A stretch of 64,000 nt of DNA from Eledone cirrhosa (taxonomy: Eukaryota): the NCBI GenBank assembly GCA_964016885.1, contig OZ024741.1, positions 104,160,001-104,224,000 of the forward strand, written 5' to 3'. Every line of letters begins with the position of its first letter. Position 1 is the first letter of the stretch. The notes under the pieces are model-generated. The model was not told where the DNA came from, did not search any database, and saw only the letters and a list, made by a program, of their open reading frames with translations. A program made the translations under genes and the position numbers. Below, one piece after another: positions 23,489 to 34,006 of this stretch.

Positions 23489-24095
23489 ATATATATATAT
23501 ATATTTTTTGTGTGTGTGTGTATATATATATATATATCGGTGTGTATTTATATGTATGGGTATATGTTTTACTTATTTTTATGTGTATGCATACAAACAG
23601 GTCAATATGCGTGAGGTTAAGTATGTGTATGTGTGTGTGTGTACGTATGTATGTATCGAACGTATGGATGTGTAAATGTGCGTATGTATATAAGCATGTA
23701 TATTTTATGTCTCTCTTTTATGTTTTTTTTATGTTTTTTTATATTTCTTTTGTGAGACATTCGCGTCTGTGTATGTACGTACCCCCCCCCTATTTTTTTG
23801 TTCCCCCTTTTTTTGAGTTTTTTCCTTCTATAAAATTTTTTTTTATTTCTTATTTTATGGATACATTTTTATAAGTATGTCGAGATTGACACTTTCCTTT
23901 AATTACTTACTCCCTTACCTCCTTTACTTCTGCATCTAATGTAAGTGTGTGTGGGCGTGTTTTATGTGAGCGCCTCAATATCCATATATTTATAATAATA
24001 ATATATATGTATGTGTGTGTGTATGTATGTGTATATATATATGTATATATGTGTGTATATATGTATATATATATATGTATGTGTGTGCATGTATG

Positions 24096-24148
<53 letters not shown>

Positions 24149-24395
24149 TGTCTGTAGATTGTAGACATACAGATACATTAGCCCTAAATTTTTATATTTA
24201 CATACACTTTTTCAACATACGTATACATATGAACATACACTTCTGTGCACATCTGTGAACGGATTTACATACATATATACACACACCTAACTGTATTTTC
24301 TTGATAAATTTTTATGTATTTCATTGGTCTATTTAAAATCTGTTCCCAAACAGACCTGTAATTTTGAATTGTTGTTATTATCAATAAATATGCAC

Positions 24396-24534
24396 CATTA
24401 TTTCTGAAGACAGCATATATATGTGAAGGTATGTATATTCTCTTTGATAGTTTGTATAATTTTGTACATAGATCTTTTGAATATGCATACCAATTCTAAC
24501 ACATATATGTCCTAGAAACGATCGTAAAATAATG
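24396..24534 (+). ncRNA. Hammerhead motif of the inverted Penelope-like copy
   Basis: cattattt CTGAAGA (24404-24410), 104-nt stem II, GAAA (24515) cgatcg TA aaataatg. Confidence 0.8.
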
Positions 24535-24843
24535 AACTTTTTTTGTTTAATATAAGGAACTGTTTCTTTGTTTATTCATTATTTTTTTAATAATTTATCT
24601 TGACTCTGTATTCCGTTTATCTTTCACCGAAAGTGATTTTTGAATGCATCTCTTCTTTTCATGATATCCGGATTACATTGAGTTCTTCATACGGATTGGA
24701 CACTACCGTAAACTTTTGGTAGATTTATCTACATATATATATATTTATATATATATATATAAGTGAAAGAATCAATATAAATTGCGCCTGAATTTAATAA
24801 GTATACAAATATGATTCTATGAAAATAAACCTGGCTAACTTAC

Positions 24844-24979
24844 CTCAGTTTCACTTTCCTCTGATAAAGTTGTGTTCAAATCTTTACTTTTGTAATTGAG
24901 TGCAAAAGCAGAGAGGCAACATACATATAAAATGTAGATAAAGAAGTTGGTCAAAGACAATCGCAGTCCATACGCCATC
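24844..24979 (-). CDS. TRPA1: TRPA1-like exon (S1): MAYGLRLSLTNFFIYILYVCCLSAFALNYKSKDLNTTLSEESETE
   Basis: Acceptor accag|, donor |gtaagt; 136 nt, phase 2-0; completes KW.AYG; hydrophobic helix followed by an N-T-T sequon. Confidence 0.9.
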
Positions 24980-25084
24980 CTGGTGAATAGAAAATCTACA
25001 CTTTATAGTAATTTGAAAATAATAAAGATATATTGTAAATTGAACAACAACATGAGACACACGCACACAAGAAGGTCAGACATG

Positions 25085-25230
25085 CTTTCCAGCGTAGTTA
25101 CGTTCCTTTACGATCTGAGTTCAAATCCCGCCGAGGTTAACTTTGCCTTTCATCCTTACGGGGTCGATAAAATAAAGTACCAGTAATGTACTGGGTAATT
25201 GCTGGCCTTATGCCAAAAGTAGAAACAATT
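25085..25230 (+). mobile_element. SINE copy
   Basis: gttcaaatcccgccgaggttaactttgcctttcatccttacggggtcgataaaataaagtaccag. Confidence 0.85.
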
Positions 25231-25353
25231 ATTTATCTATATTATGCACACACACACACACACATTGCTGCCCCACACAAAGTTGCGTGTATTGCAGACA
25301 CACACACACACACACACACACTCACACACACATGACACACACGCACACACACA

Positions 25354-25548
25354 CCATACCATAAACAAAATGAAAACCAAACCTATATTAATGTTAAATC
25401 GAATCACCCTAGATCAATAGTTAAGAGTGTCTCCGACAGATTCTCCACCATCTCTGGAAATAAGAGGATCTTCGATAAAAACGCCGATTATTGCAATGCA
25501 GGCTGAGCTAGGGCAGCGCATATGGATAAAATTAGATATAATCCTAGT
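25354..25548 (+). pseudogene. Old fragment of a related Penelope-like RT thumb region
   Basis: PYHKQNENQTYINVKSNHPRSIVKS...IFDKNADYCNAG*...KIRYNP versus PYHKPNQNLYYIHSQSNHPKSILK...VFDKNATSYNEAL...RLEYIP. Confidence 0.75.
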
Positions 25549-26269
25549 GACCATACACTTAAATACTGAATCAAACTAGAATTAACATTTATACATCCTA
25601 AGTTAAGCTAGACAGTTATAACACATTCTTTTATTTTTTCTCACTCTACTTTAAATTCCAGTGCGCATACATTCAAATTTTGTTTTACTCTAATCTTATA
25701 TTTATGTCTTCTTATGTATTTATTCAGTCAAGTATGTATGTTTTATTCTTTTTATTTTCATTCTGATTATAATTACATTCCTATCCATTCTTATGTTCTT
25801 ACTCCCCTAAAATGACTCTTCGTAACACGGGAGATGCTTGATCAAATAAGTATTTTTTCTTGTGTTTCTTATTCTTATCCACCCTCCCTCTATTGGTATA
25901 GTTGTAGATGTTGTTATCACTAATGTTCTATTGTTGTCGTTGTTGATATTGTACTATTTTGAACAGTTTCAACTCTTATCACCCCTCCCACAACATACAT
26001 GGCTTTACAGTCCACTTAATTTTGTGCTATCGAGTTAATCAAACTGCGAAATACATATACCCCCCCTACTACCGACAAAGAGAATTTACAACTGCTCGAG
26101 TACTAGAATGAGCGACCATTTCTTGGATCTGGTGCCAATACACAACAACACACACCATCTGAGAGACTATCATATACTTAAAAATGCCCATAAAATGTCA
26201 AATAACCCATTAACCATTAAATGTCCGGCCGAAATGATGAGAATCGGTCATAGGTGAACTGGATAATGA

Positions 26270-26805
26270 TAGCCTGCGAATCGGGGTTTCTCTGAGGCTC
26301 AACCTCCGGATCTGAGAGTCACACAAATGTTGCTACAGTGCCGGCCGCCTTCCACGCAATGCTGCTCTCAACGAGGTCATCAAGCATAGCTTGAAAGCTG
26401 CAGGTTTCCTTTCCTAGTTCCAGCCGGCGGGGCTGGACCGAGGGGATAGCAAAAGGCTAAGCGGCATGACCATCTTCCAGTTCCGCGGTGATAAACTCCT
26501 CATCTGGGATGCCACATGCAGCAGTAACCTGATGCAGTCAGCCATTAACCCTGGCTCTTTTGCATTTCGGGTCGAGGAGGTTAAATTTCCAAATATCGGT
26601 CGCTCTCTGACAGGTTTGCAGTCGAGCCCGTAGTAGTGGAGACTTCTGGTGCCCTTGGCCCTAAGACTACCTCCCTACTCACCACTATCGGCAAAGAGTT
26701 GACTACCCGCAGGTGTGCGACTCGCGAGCTCGAATGGCTCTTCCAGTGCGTCTCCCTCCCCATCCTCCAGGGAAACGCCTTCTCTAGTTTGTGCGCAGGG
26801 GCCGC
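26270..26805 (+). mobile_element. CRE-like non-LTR 3' fragment
   Basis: Nucleotide similarity to 47195-47790; VETSGALGP and WLFQCVSL.ILQGNAFS. Confidence 0.8.
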
Positions 26806-27219
26806 AAGGCGGCCAGCGCATGGGCCCGTATTTGCTTATGATAGAGAGAGATGGGGAGAGCGGGCGAGACGGAGGCGGTGACTGGGAGTTCGGTTTCATT
26901 GTGTTCGGATCTGATATATATGTATATATTTATTTACCACACCACATTTACATAACTATGTCTGTGTAGAGCCATCCCAGTATGCTTGTATGTACTATAA
27001 TGTCCAACTATCATTTGTTAAGGTTAACTACATTCAATCAATTATTGAGGTGGATCGCTCCAAGTGATGCTAGGAAGAGAATCTTTGAGTAATATCCATA
27101 TGTTAACCGGGTGTTGATGGAGCAACATCCAAATACTTGCCTGAAGCATATATATCGCGGTATAAAAATTACATATTAGCTATCCAAGAGGTCATACATA
27201 CAATAATAATAATAATAAT

Positions 27220-27432
27220 GATTTCTAGTATAGGCACAAGGCCAGTAATTTTGGGGAGGGGAAAGTCGATTAAATCGACCCCAGTACGTTACTGGTGCTT
27301 TATTTTATCGACTCCGTAAGGATGAAAGGCAAAGTTAACCTCGGCGGGATTTGAATTCAGAACGTAAAGGGCCACAACTCTCTGCCGCGAAGCATGTTGT
27401 CCGACGCTCTACTGATACTGCCAAGCCTCCGC
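27220..27432 (-). mobile_element. SINE copy
   Basis: Reverse-complement SINE core with (aat)n tail. Confidence 0.85.
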
Positions 27433-27439
27433 ATTTTAA

Positions 27440-27911
27440 TCTATATTACTAAAACAGAGAATGTCTGTTTGTCTGTCTGTCTGCCTGTCTGTACAATCAC
27501 TAAAACTCGAGAACCACCCAAATGATTGTTTTCAAACTTTACACATGTAATACTTATGGTCCTATTGAGTGTTCTGAGCAAACATTTTTTTCAAATTTTC
27601 AATGCCCTAGGGACCGCATTAGGCGATTTAACGATCTCTTTCTCTCTCTCTAAGTCTTTCTCTTTTTAGATAGATACATAGATATTACATTGCGCCTTTA
27701 TAATATGTCTGTGTGCCTGGTTGTCTGCATTACGTCATTATGATGCGGTGTGTGTGTGTATTATATATAGTGTGTGTATATATATATATATATATAGTGT
27801 GTAACGTTTTTCGAAATATTTACTTCTGCGTTCACAGATTTATTATTTTAGTTTCAGAAGATCCCGTTAAGGGTGAAAGCACCGATTCTTTGCTTAAACT
27901 TTAATCTGTTA

Positions 27912-27976
<65 letters not shown>

Positions 27977-28300
27977 GTGTACAGATATTTTTGCAAACAC
28001 ATAAAAACAAAAGTATTTATTTCGCGATAAAGTATTGATTTCCTTCGAACGGAAAGAAATCCTGGTAATGTACGACAAACTTTTTTTATAAGCACAAAAT
28101 GTAGATACCAACCCAAGGCCGAGGTATTCCGTACTTCTCTGTACTGTTATTTATATATTCGTGTACAGATATTTTTGCATATACAATAACAAAATAAAAA
28201 CAAACGTATTTACTTCACGAGGCTCGAGAAGGATAAATATATATCAAATATATAAGATCCCTAGAGCAAATCCCGAGCAACGCCGGGCCATTCTGCTAGT
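27440..28300 (+). mobile_element. Helitron-like non-autonomous element
   Basis: 5' a|TCtatattactaaaa plus (gtct)n; 3' hairpin cccgagcaacgccggg then CTAG|t. Similar termini at about 32490-33242, 39915-39941, 49866-49893, 52120-52158 and 52570-52609. Confidence 0.65.
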
Positions 28301-28394
28301 AATAACAATAATAATAATAATAATAAGTGATTTAGTAAATTCGTGGTTTACTGAGGCGGGCACCCAAATCAGCACTCTATGCTAAAGCAGAGTG

Positions 28395-28488
28395 TATATA
28401 TTGAAAACAAAGCGAGGTTTCACATTAAGGTGCTATGTATAATCAATAAAGACCTTAATGTGAAATCTCGCTTTGTTTTCAATATATA
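28395..28488. repeat. Hairpin with 37-bp arms and 20-nt spacer
   Basis: tatatattgaaaacaaagcgaggtttcacattaaggt / accttaatgtgaaatctcgctttgttttcaatatata. Confidence 0.88.
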
Positions 28489-28745
28489 TATAATTGGTGT
28501 GGTTGGATTCCGTTATATGTATGTCTATACTTGTGTATATATGTATATATATCTTCAGTAAATTTGTTAATTACTCCCTAACGGTCGCGTAAAAAATTTG
28601 GTCGAATCGCACTGCTTCTTCTAGCAGCCCCTTTACTTGCCATTGTCCACCAACCGCCGGCCCTCTGTTATCCGTCAGTCACGTGATAATTCTCCCATTC
28701 AAAATTATCGCTGATAGCAAATGAATTCTTTCTTGTTTGAAAATG

Positions 28746-28813
28746 TTCCCTGGTAAGTTAAGGTTTTCGCAGTACTCAGTACTGAGGTTTACTCAACGAA
28801 ACTGCAGTAGGGA
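28746..28813 (+). ncRNA. Decayed hammerhead motif
   Basis: ttcc CTGGTAA (two transitions from CTGATGA) gtt...cagtac-tca-gtactg...aac GAAA ctgcag TA ggga; ACTGCAGT palindrome. Confidence 0.5.
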
Positions 28814-28863
28814 CGTTCTAAGTAAATAAGTAAATGTTTCTTTATTTTATTTGTTTTTCCCAA

Positions 28864-28902
<39 letters not shown>

Positions 28903-28933
28903 TAAAAGTTTACATACACATAAACTACACAGA

Positions 28934-28991
<58 letters not shown>

Positions 28992-29053
28992 TTTGGCAAC
29001 CATTCACGGTGTGGCTCAATGACGAATTAATTAAATAATTAACAATCAGAGCA

Positions 29054-29851
29054 ATATATAAGAAAGTAAGTCCATAGAATCATTAGATAAAATATATACA
29101 GTATTTCTTCTCCCAATCAGCATAATCAACCATACAAAACATCATTTAAACGAGGCTATAAGTTTAAAATATACTTATGAAGAAATAATAGATAAATAAA
29201 TGATAGTTTTTTATCCACGATTCACAGCCCTCAGAAAATTTACCTAGTATTTCTGATAGCCTGTAGAAATTGACTAGACATATAGCTAACCATACATAAT
29301 TAGGTACAAAATCAAAGTTAGAAGAAAAACCAGCCTACTCGCCGACAGATACCAATCACAAACTTTCTGACTTGACCACTGGCCACGTGATAATTCTTAG
29401 CCATTTTGAATTCGTTTCTGGCGGGGATCATTTAAGAAAAATCTTTGTCCAATTGAGTTTATCTCCTGATGATTTCCAAACTCGTTGATTTATCCAAGAT
29501 CGGATATATCCAAAAAGAGAATGAAACCCCCGGCGATAGAGATATATTTTGATGATTTTAGTATGTTTATGTACATTTTTTCTTCTAACTTTGATTTTGT
29601 ACCTAATTATGTATGGTGAGCTATATGTCTAGTCAATTTCTACAGGCTATCAGAAATACTAGGTAAATTTTCTGTGGCTGTGAATCGCGGATAAAAAGGT
29701 ATCATTTATTTATCTATTATTTCTTCATAAGTATATTTTAAACTTATAGCCTCGTTTAAATGATTTTTTGTATGGTTGATTATACCGATTGGGAGAAGAA
29801 ATACTGTATATATTTTATCTAATGATTCTATGGACTTACTTTCTTATATAT
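29054..29851. mobile_element. Fold-back element with ~275-bp arms (29054-29329 / 29577-29851) and a hammerhead-like motif in the spacer (29460-29544, plus strand)
   Basis: Arms are near reverse complements. Spacer: tatctc CTGATGA tttc...gaat GAAA cccccggcga TA gagata (stem III degenerate). Arm family recurs at about 33340-33520 and 38830-38950. Confidence 0.75.
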
Positions 29852-29936
29852 ATATATATATGAAAACTGAGACACTGGTCCTCTCAAGGAAGCCTGCGCA
29901 GTGCACTCAACATGTGAATGGAGTTCCATATATATA

Positions 29937-29978
<42 letters not shown>

Positions 29979-30297
29979 TCAAAGTAAAAAGCGTTGATTG
30001 ATTAGGCAATTGACCTACTAGTGTAAACAGACGTAAGCACTCCACGACATGGGTACCTGAAAGTATTACCTTTAAGGTATCAGACGGAATGTCAATATTA
30101 TAAAAAAGAAGTATATAAAAAAACAAATACAATATAATATTACACCTTAATACCTGTCTAATGATAACACATCAAATGATTATTACATAACCACTTTGAT
30201 GTCTTCGAAAAGTGCAGAACAGTATGATGTAATAAAGAGAGAATGTATACATGATGCCATCTCTCTTCTTTATTATATATATATATATATATATATA

Positions 30298-31182
30298 CGA
30301 GGTGTGTCAGAAAAGTTCCAGGACTGATGTCACAAAAGAATTATTTCAAACCCAAACTTCACACTAAGAGTTTTCTCCTTCAAAGTAATCCCCTTGGAGT
30401 CTAATGCACTTTTCCATCCTTTTCTGCTACGCTTGCATGCACTCTTGGGAGGATTCTTCCGGGATCCTCCGCAGTTCCGTCGTCACGGCCTTTTTGATGT
30501 CGTTCACGTTTTCAAAACGGGTCCCTTCCGGATCGTACTCGAAGATCCATGACTCATCACAGGTGATGACTGTCCCTAGCAAGGCTAGTTCGGTTTCAAG
30601 ACGCTCGAGGATGTCTTGGCACACTTGCATGCGTCGACCCTTCTGGTCATCGTTCAGCAGTTTTGGCACCATCTTCTCACAGACTTTCTGCATGTCCAAA
30701 TCTTCAGTGAGAATCTTCCAGACGCTGTCCCGATTCATGCCCAGCTCATTTGCTATCAGTCGAACAGTCAGCCGACGATCGCTACGCACCATCTGCCTGA
30801 CGCACTCAACGTTGACCTCAGTCCTGGTTGTTGAGGGCCTTCCGCTCCTGGGGTTATCTTGCACCACTCAAAAACACGTGAGCGTGACATCGTCACATCT
30901 CCATACACTTGCTGCAACAATCCCAGTGCTTCTGACGGAGTGTTCCCCCACCGTACCAGAAACTTCAAGTTTGTTCGTTGCTCTGTGCTCATTGCTTGAC
31001 GACCTGAAACAGAGGACATGTATATAAAATTATGAAGAAAAAAGTTTGATCGCTGCAGCGAGCTAAGATTACAGATACATACTGCAGGGGGATTACTTTG
31101 AAGGAGAAAACTCTTAGTGTGAAGTTTGGGTTTGAAATAAATCTTTTGTGACATCAGTCCTGGAACTTTTCTGACACACCTC

Positions 31183-31183
<1 letters not shown>
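30298..31183 (-). mobile_element. Second copy of the internally deleted mariner
   Basis: Same TIRs, same YDPE|xTRFE deletion junction, inserted in TA. Confidence 0.93.
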
Positions 31184-31279
<96 letters not shown>

Positions 31280-31323
31280 AAGAATAGAGTAGAAAACGAA
31301 AAATGAGTGATGCATCTGAACTC

Positions 31324-31555
31324 AATTTATTGTGTGTTACAAATGTTTCCCCGGCGGACAGCTCGAGACGCGATCATTTTGTGGATCTGTCTGATTCTGG
31401 ACCCGCAGGTTCGACGGACACGTCTAATGATTTCGGAGCATATTCTCTGAATATGCTCCGAAATCATTAGACGTGCGAGTCCAGAATCAGACAGATCCAT
31501 ACAATGATCGCGTCTCGAGCTGTCCGCCGGGGAAACATTTGTAACACAATAAATT
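31324..31555. repeat. Fold-back with ~110-bp arms and 3-nt loop
   Basis: Centre atattc-tct-gaatat; the left arm has a ~12-nt insertion; each arm has a GAAAcatttgTA half-hammerhead. Confidence 0.88.
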
Positions 31556-31774
31556 TGTCTTTTATCCTCTCTAGGGTTTATAAAAGAAGTATCTACACAG
31601 TGCTGGTGCAACCATTTCACCTTCTGGAAGTTCCGCTGGTTCATTGGGTGACTAAAGAACCGGAATCAGATACACAGGCAACTCCGTTAAACACTGTACT
31701 GGTATTAAACTAGGCTGTGTTATGCCTGTCGATCTAAAGGTATGTAAGGGCTTATAAATTAGAAACGAACTTAC

Positions 31775-31845
31775 CACTTCATTAATAAATAATTTATAGT
31801 TAATGGATGACTTAGACAATCCACTCGGCCATATTTAACCATTTC
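31775..31845 (-). CDS. TRPA1: TRPA1-like exon (pre-S1): EMVKYGRVDCLSHPLTINYLLMK(W)
   Basis: Acceptor ttacag|, donor |gtaagt; 71 nt, phase 0-2; matches AMVQNNRIELLNHPVCKEYLLMKW. Confidence 0.92.
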
Positions 31846-32375
31846 CTGTAAAAAAACAAACAAACAAAAACATCTAGATCCGGATTCGTTCACTTCTTAT
31901 AAAGGGGGAAGTAGGTTGTTTTTTTTTTATTAATATATTTGTTTTACATAGTCATATTCCATAAATTGAAAAATAATGACACAATTAGCCTACTTTGAAT
32001 GTTCTTAAAGCGTTATTTTAAGGCATGTTTCATCTTCGGCGCAATTATGATTCTCTCTTCCCACAATGTGTTATGAAAATCACTAGATATATATAAAGGG
32101 TTGAGAAAAACTTAAATTTGTTCTTTAGACGTTAAGGCTGGTGGAATGGCAGAATTGGTAATCCCATTGGGATATTTGTTCTGACTCTTTACATTCAAAT
32201 CCTGAACTTTGCCTTTTATCCTTCTGAGGGCCAATAAAATAAAGTACCAGTCAAATATTGGGGTTGATTCAAACAACTTTGCTCCTTCCCCTAATTTTGC
32301 CTTGTCCCTAAATTAGAAATTAGCATTTTCTTTAGTTGTGTGTTCGATAAAAGTCTTCAGTAGGTTTCTACTTAC

Positions 32376-32456
32376 ATTAAGAACGTCCATTGGTTTCCTT
32401 TCAATCTCACCAGATTCACTGACTGAGTTCTGTAGATATCTGAAATTGTATTCAAT
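32376..32456 (-). CDS. TRPA1: TRPA1-like exon: IEYNFRYLQNSVSESGEIERKPMDVLN
   Basis: Pyrimidine tract plus cag|, donor |gtaagt; 81 nt; close to human IEYNFKYLQ...PLTALN. Confidence 0.92.
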
Positions 32457-33240
32457 CTGACGAGAAAAAAGATGCATATTAGGGATCTCTCTATATAAGA
32501 TTCTTTGTCTGCCTGTCTGTCTGTTTGTTCCTATGCTTTCTGTAACGGCTGGACCAAATAAAATCAAATTTTACAAGGTATTAGACTCCGGGAGTGTCAA
32601 CATGTAATTTTTATTTTCATGTGGATTAAAATAATATAACATTTTATCTAAAATAATATTTTTATAGTCAACTATAGTAAACCACCACCACGACGCTGAC
32701 GCACGATTTGTATATGAGCGTGCACACAGAAAATTAAACACACACACACACATCTCCATATACAGATACATATGTGATGATAGATAGGTGTGCATGAATG
32801 TATGTCTGTCTTAGTATATGTATGTGAGTGTATGAGAGTGTGTGTGAGTGTATGTGAGAGTGTATGTGAATGTATGTGTATGAGTGTATGTGAGAGTGTA
32901 TGTGTGATAATTCTTATTTTCATTTGGATTAAAACAATAGGACGTCACATTTTGTATATGAATATGTATGTGTCTGTGAGTGTGTGTGTGTTTGCGCGTT
33001 CATTGGGTACGTTATTAAACACACACACACACATCTACACATACATGAATTACACAATGAATATTGTTTACCCTAAGGTGCTTCAAGATTGACAGATTTT
33101 CATTTCTAAATTCTTTTATCATTACAATTTTGATATTTGTTTTATAAAATATAGATATTTTGAAATAATTATGAGAAAAAAAATTCTATCTTCATAATTA
33201 TTGTTTACTAATCTGAATAAGAACAGCAGTAATTCAGCTA

Positions 33241-33282
<42 letters not shown>

Positions 33283-33291
33283 GTTTACATG

Positions 33292-33325
<34 letters not shown>

Positions 33326-33666
33326 CGTGTTTTGCAACGGGTCACTTTGTGGCTCAATGAAAAGTTAATAGATTAAATAATCAGAGCTATATATCATAAA
33401 ACATGTCTATAGAATCACCAGATAAAATATATACCATTTCCTCTCCCAATTAGCATAATTAACCATATAAAAAATCGAATAGATCAAGCTATAAGAATAA
33501 GGCTTCTATGAAGAAATCTCCAACAAATAACCGAAACCAGCCCTTCGCGCGCGCTGCGACGGAATATTTATCGAATATTTCGACAGCGTAATCGCCCAGA
33601 TATACAGTCAATTAAACAGAATTAGGTGTAAAATAAACTAGGAGAAAAGAGAATACATTTATTTAC

Positions 33667-33739
33667 CTCGACCATGGTTTCGTCCGCATTTTAAGGTATC
33701 CAATAACTTCGGAACCTTGAGCACCGGACTCTTCAGGAG
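33667..33739 (-). ncRNA. Hammerhead motif with fully canonical core and GUC site
   Basis: Minus strand: ctc CTGAAGA gtccg...aaggt-tcc..gga-t-acctt...cggac GAAA ccatgg TC gag. Lies between inverted 27-bp arms at about 33553-33579 and 33948-33973. Confidence 0.8.
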
Positions 33740-34006
33740 TTAGCTCAGATCTAGACAATAAATTTTCCAAAGTGATCGTGCCAAGAATACATTCAAAAAT
33801 GGCTAAGAATCGTGACGTAGCAGCGGTCAGGTTGGAAGGAGTGTGGTTAGTTGCTTACGGCTGGTGGCTTTTTGCTAGAAAGCGCAGCACAATAGAGCCA
33901 AATTTGTATTTCAACCTAACGGGAGATTATTACATATATATAAAGGTATATTCGATAAATATTCCGTCGCAGCCGGCGCTAAGTGCTGGTTTCGGTTATT
34001 TGTTGG

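Larger units (their letters stand above)
20468..24735 (+). mobile_element. Inverted, 5'-truncated second copy of the same Penelope-like element
   Basis: Begins within the YRDD codons; ORF tail 20620-21879 differs from the first copy at about one residue (KKTIS vs KKNIS); its 3' end runs on into sequence matching 20270-20460. Confidence 0.93.
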
